Below, in pieces: positions 42,861 to 44,200 of a stretch of DNA of 44,200 nt (positions are counted from its first letter, which is position 1; each line of letters begins with the position of its first letter). Position numbers and translations under genes: made by a program. The stretch lies in contig DAJP01000092.1 of NCBI GenBank assembly GCA_002496355.1, forward strand, positions 1-44,200, written 5' to 3'. Source of the DNA: Euryarchaeota archaeon UBA346 (GTDB lineage: Archaea; Thermoplasmatota; E2; DHVEG-1). The notes under the pieces were generated by a model. It worked only from the letters and a program-made list of their open reading frames with translations, did no database searches and was not told the DNA's origin.

Positions 42861-44200
42861 ATGGTTGATTATGCGACGTATATGAATGCCCTTGATCATC
42901 AGTTGAACCAGTACCTCCCTCAGCAGAACACCCCCTTATATGATGCCATAGTCAAACCAAAAGATTTGTTTCGAATTCCTTTACGTGAGGCAGAACCAAT
43001 CCAGTTCGCATGCATCAAACAAGCATTTATCCATAATTATAACAATAGCAAGTTTTATCATAAATTCTGTAAAGAAAAAGCAGTCACACCTGATGATATT
43101 AAAACAAATCAGGACTTTGAAAAAATCCCTCTGATCCCGGATAGATTCTTTAAGGATTATCCTTCGGGGAAGGAGTTCGCGGTGTGGCTAGCGAATATCT
43201 ACACTGGTGAAGTTCCTCCTATTACAATCCGGCAGAAAAAACCAACCTTTGACGATATCATCAAGGCATATTATGCGGTAGGTATCACAGTCTCCTATAG
43301 CAGTGGAACGGGGGGAAGATACACCTTTATCCCTCGGAATAAGCAGACATTTCTAAACGCTGAATATACGCTTGCAAAAACACTTGTTGGTATGGCATAC
43401 CCGTTATGGAAATATGATTCCTATGGATATCTGTTGATGCCGCATCCGAAGAAAAACTTCATTTTCGCGGGGAAGGCTCTTGAGGTGTATTTTGATGCGA
43501 TCAAAGACGTTCAGGTTGCAATCGATCGGGAGGTCAGTACTGAGCTTGTTCAAATCACCATGGGACGAACGAAAGGGATAAAAAGTGACCTTGTTCGCTA
43601 TTTTTCCTATCGACAACAGAAGAAGATGGTTGATAACATCATCGCATGGTTGGAAAAACATGACAAAGCAAAGGATACAGTCACCCTGATCGGAGCGCCG
43701 TATATTCTATATGCGGTGATGGAGAAACTGAAAAGTCAGGGGAAGTGCTTTGATTTTGGTGACCGTGGTGGCGTTGCAACAGGTGGAGGCTGGAAGGGTC
43801 TGCGAAATATCACATCATCGGAATTCCGTACCGAAGTCAACAAAGTCCTGGGGATTTCAGAGAAGTTTGTGTTGGATGTGTACAGCATGGTGGAGGGGAA
43901 CGGATGGATGATTCATTGTCCAGAAGGACATTATCTCCATGTTCCATATACATATTATAAACCACTTGTCCTGGACAATGAGAACAAATCGGTTGGGTAT
44001 GGAGAATGGGGTCGGTTTGCTTTTCTCGATGGGATCGCAACCAGTCATCCGAGTTTCATTGTAACTGGTGACCTGGTCAAGCTCCTTGAACATTGTCCTG
44101 TCTGCGATAGACCAGGCCCCGTCCTTGAACCAGAGGTCAAACGAGCACAAGGAGAAGACCTTCGAGGGTGCGCCGAGGAAGTCCGTCGGATGCTCTCATC
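42861..44200 (+). CDS. LuxE-like acyl-protein synthetase / adenylate-forming enzyme (partial, runs off the right edge)
   Basis: This gene is not in the ORF track because it has no stop in the window. My translation from the ATG at 42861 is stop-free to 44200. It shows ...FEKIPLIPDRFFKDY...VSYSSGTGGRYTFIPR (nucleotide-binding loop)...ATGGGWKG...DVYSMVEGNGWMIHCPEGHYLHVP...CPVCDRPGPVLEPEVKRAQGEDLRGC, the layout of LuxE/PaaK-superfamily enzymes. Confidence 0.7.
   Translation, partial: MVDYATYMNALDHQLNQYLPQQNTPLYDAIVKPKDLFRIPLREAEPIQFACIKQAFIHNYNNSKFYHKFCKEKAVTPDDIKTNQDFEKIPLIPDRFFKDYPSGKEFAVWLANIYTGEVPPITIRQKKPTFDDIIKAYYAVGITVSYSSGTGGRYTFIPRNKQTFLNAEYTLAKTLVGMAYPLWKYDSYGYLLMPHPKKNFIFAGKALEVYFDAIKDVQVAIDREVSTELVQITMGRTKGIKSDLVRYFSYRQQKKMVDNIIAWLEKHDKAKDTVTLIGAPYILYAVMEKLKSQGKCFDFGDRGGVATGGGWKGLRNITSSEFRTEVNKVLGISEKFVLDVYSMVEGNGWMIHCPEGHYLHVPYTYYKPLVLDNENKSVGYGEWGRFAFLDGIATSHPSFIVTGDLVKLLEHCPVCDRPGPVLEPEVKRAQGEDLRGCAEEVRRMLS

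Noticed and set aside
1-44200. I looked for CRISPR arrays, tRNA/rRNA genes, transposases, integrases, toxin-antitoxin pairs and known defence genes.
   Set aside because: I saw no direct-repeat/spacer periodicity, no GC-rich cloverleaf-like segments in any intergenic region, and no recombinase or nuclease motifs in any ORF. The HD protein at 17864..19120 is of the widespread housekeeping COG1078 type and has no defence-island neighbours.

Overview
This is a 44.2 kb, moderately AT-rich segment of an archaeal chromosome. The archaeal assignment rests on sn-glycerol-1-phosphate dehydrogenase, archaeal-type DtdA, UPF0179, DUF63, a PGF-CTERM sorting signal, GGAGG Shine-Dalgarno sites and T-run terminators. 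The gene content fits a Thermoplasmatota-like euryarchaeon, but lineage cannot be fixed without a database search. I support about 53 protein-coding genes at high coding density, with many 1-4 nt stop/start overlaps. I found no rRNA, tRNA, CRISPR array, transposase or integrase. From left to right the window contains: (1) a partial PAS sensor, htpX and a T4 endoV-like glycosylase; (2) a folP-folK-PTPS/QueD-UbiA operon; (3) dtdA, an MGMT-like gene, an MBL hydrolase and a PflX-like radical SAM; (4) a DUF63-lipA-lplB-lplA string; (5) a secreted C1 peptidase, egsA, UPF0179 and a bacterial-type metK; (6) a PfkB kinase and an HD phosphohydrolase; (7) a six-gene thiol-redox operon built around a NapH-like polyferredoxin; (8) a small Cys-rich ORF, a PaaK/F390-synthetase-like ligase and a divergent B12-binding radical SAM; (9) a MutY-like glycosylase lacking the Fe-S cluster; (10) cysD-cysN-cysC, a frameshifted geranylgeranyl reductase, DUF2284, a GNAT, and a divergent GT21-like glycosyltransferase/sulfotransferase pair; (11) a second UbiA, a GNAT and a LEA_2 protein; (12) three paralogous secreted proteins; (13) a membrane-anchored hexapeptide acyltransferase and a partial LuxE-like acyl-protein synthetase. 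The best candidates for undescribed biology are the polyferredoxin-centred extracytoplasmic thiol-redox operon (19.3-22.5 kb), the ligase/B12-radical-SAM/small-Cys-protein locus (22.6-25.6 kb), and the PAPS-supply plus lipid-type glycosyltransferase/sulfotransferase module (28.2-35.8 kb). All functional calls come from motif reading of the translations; no database search was possible.
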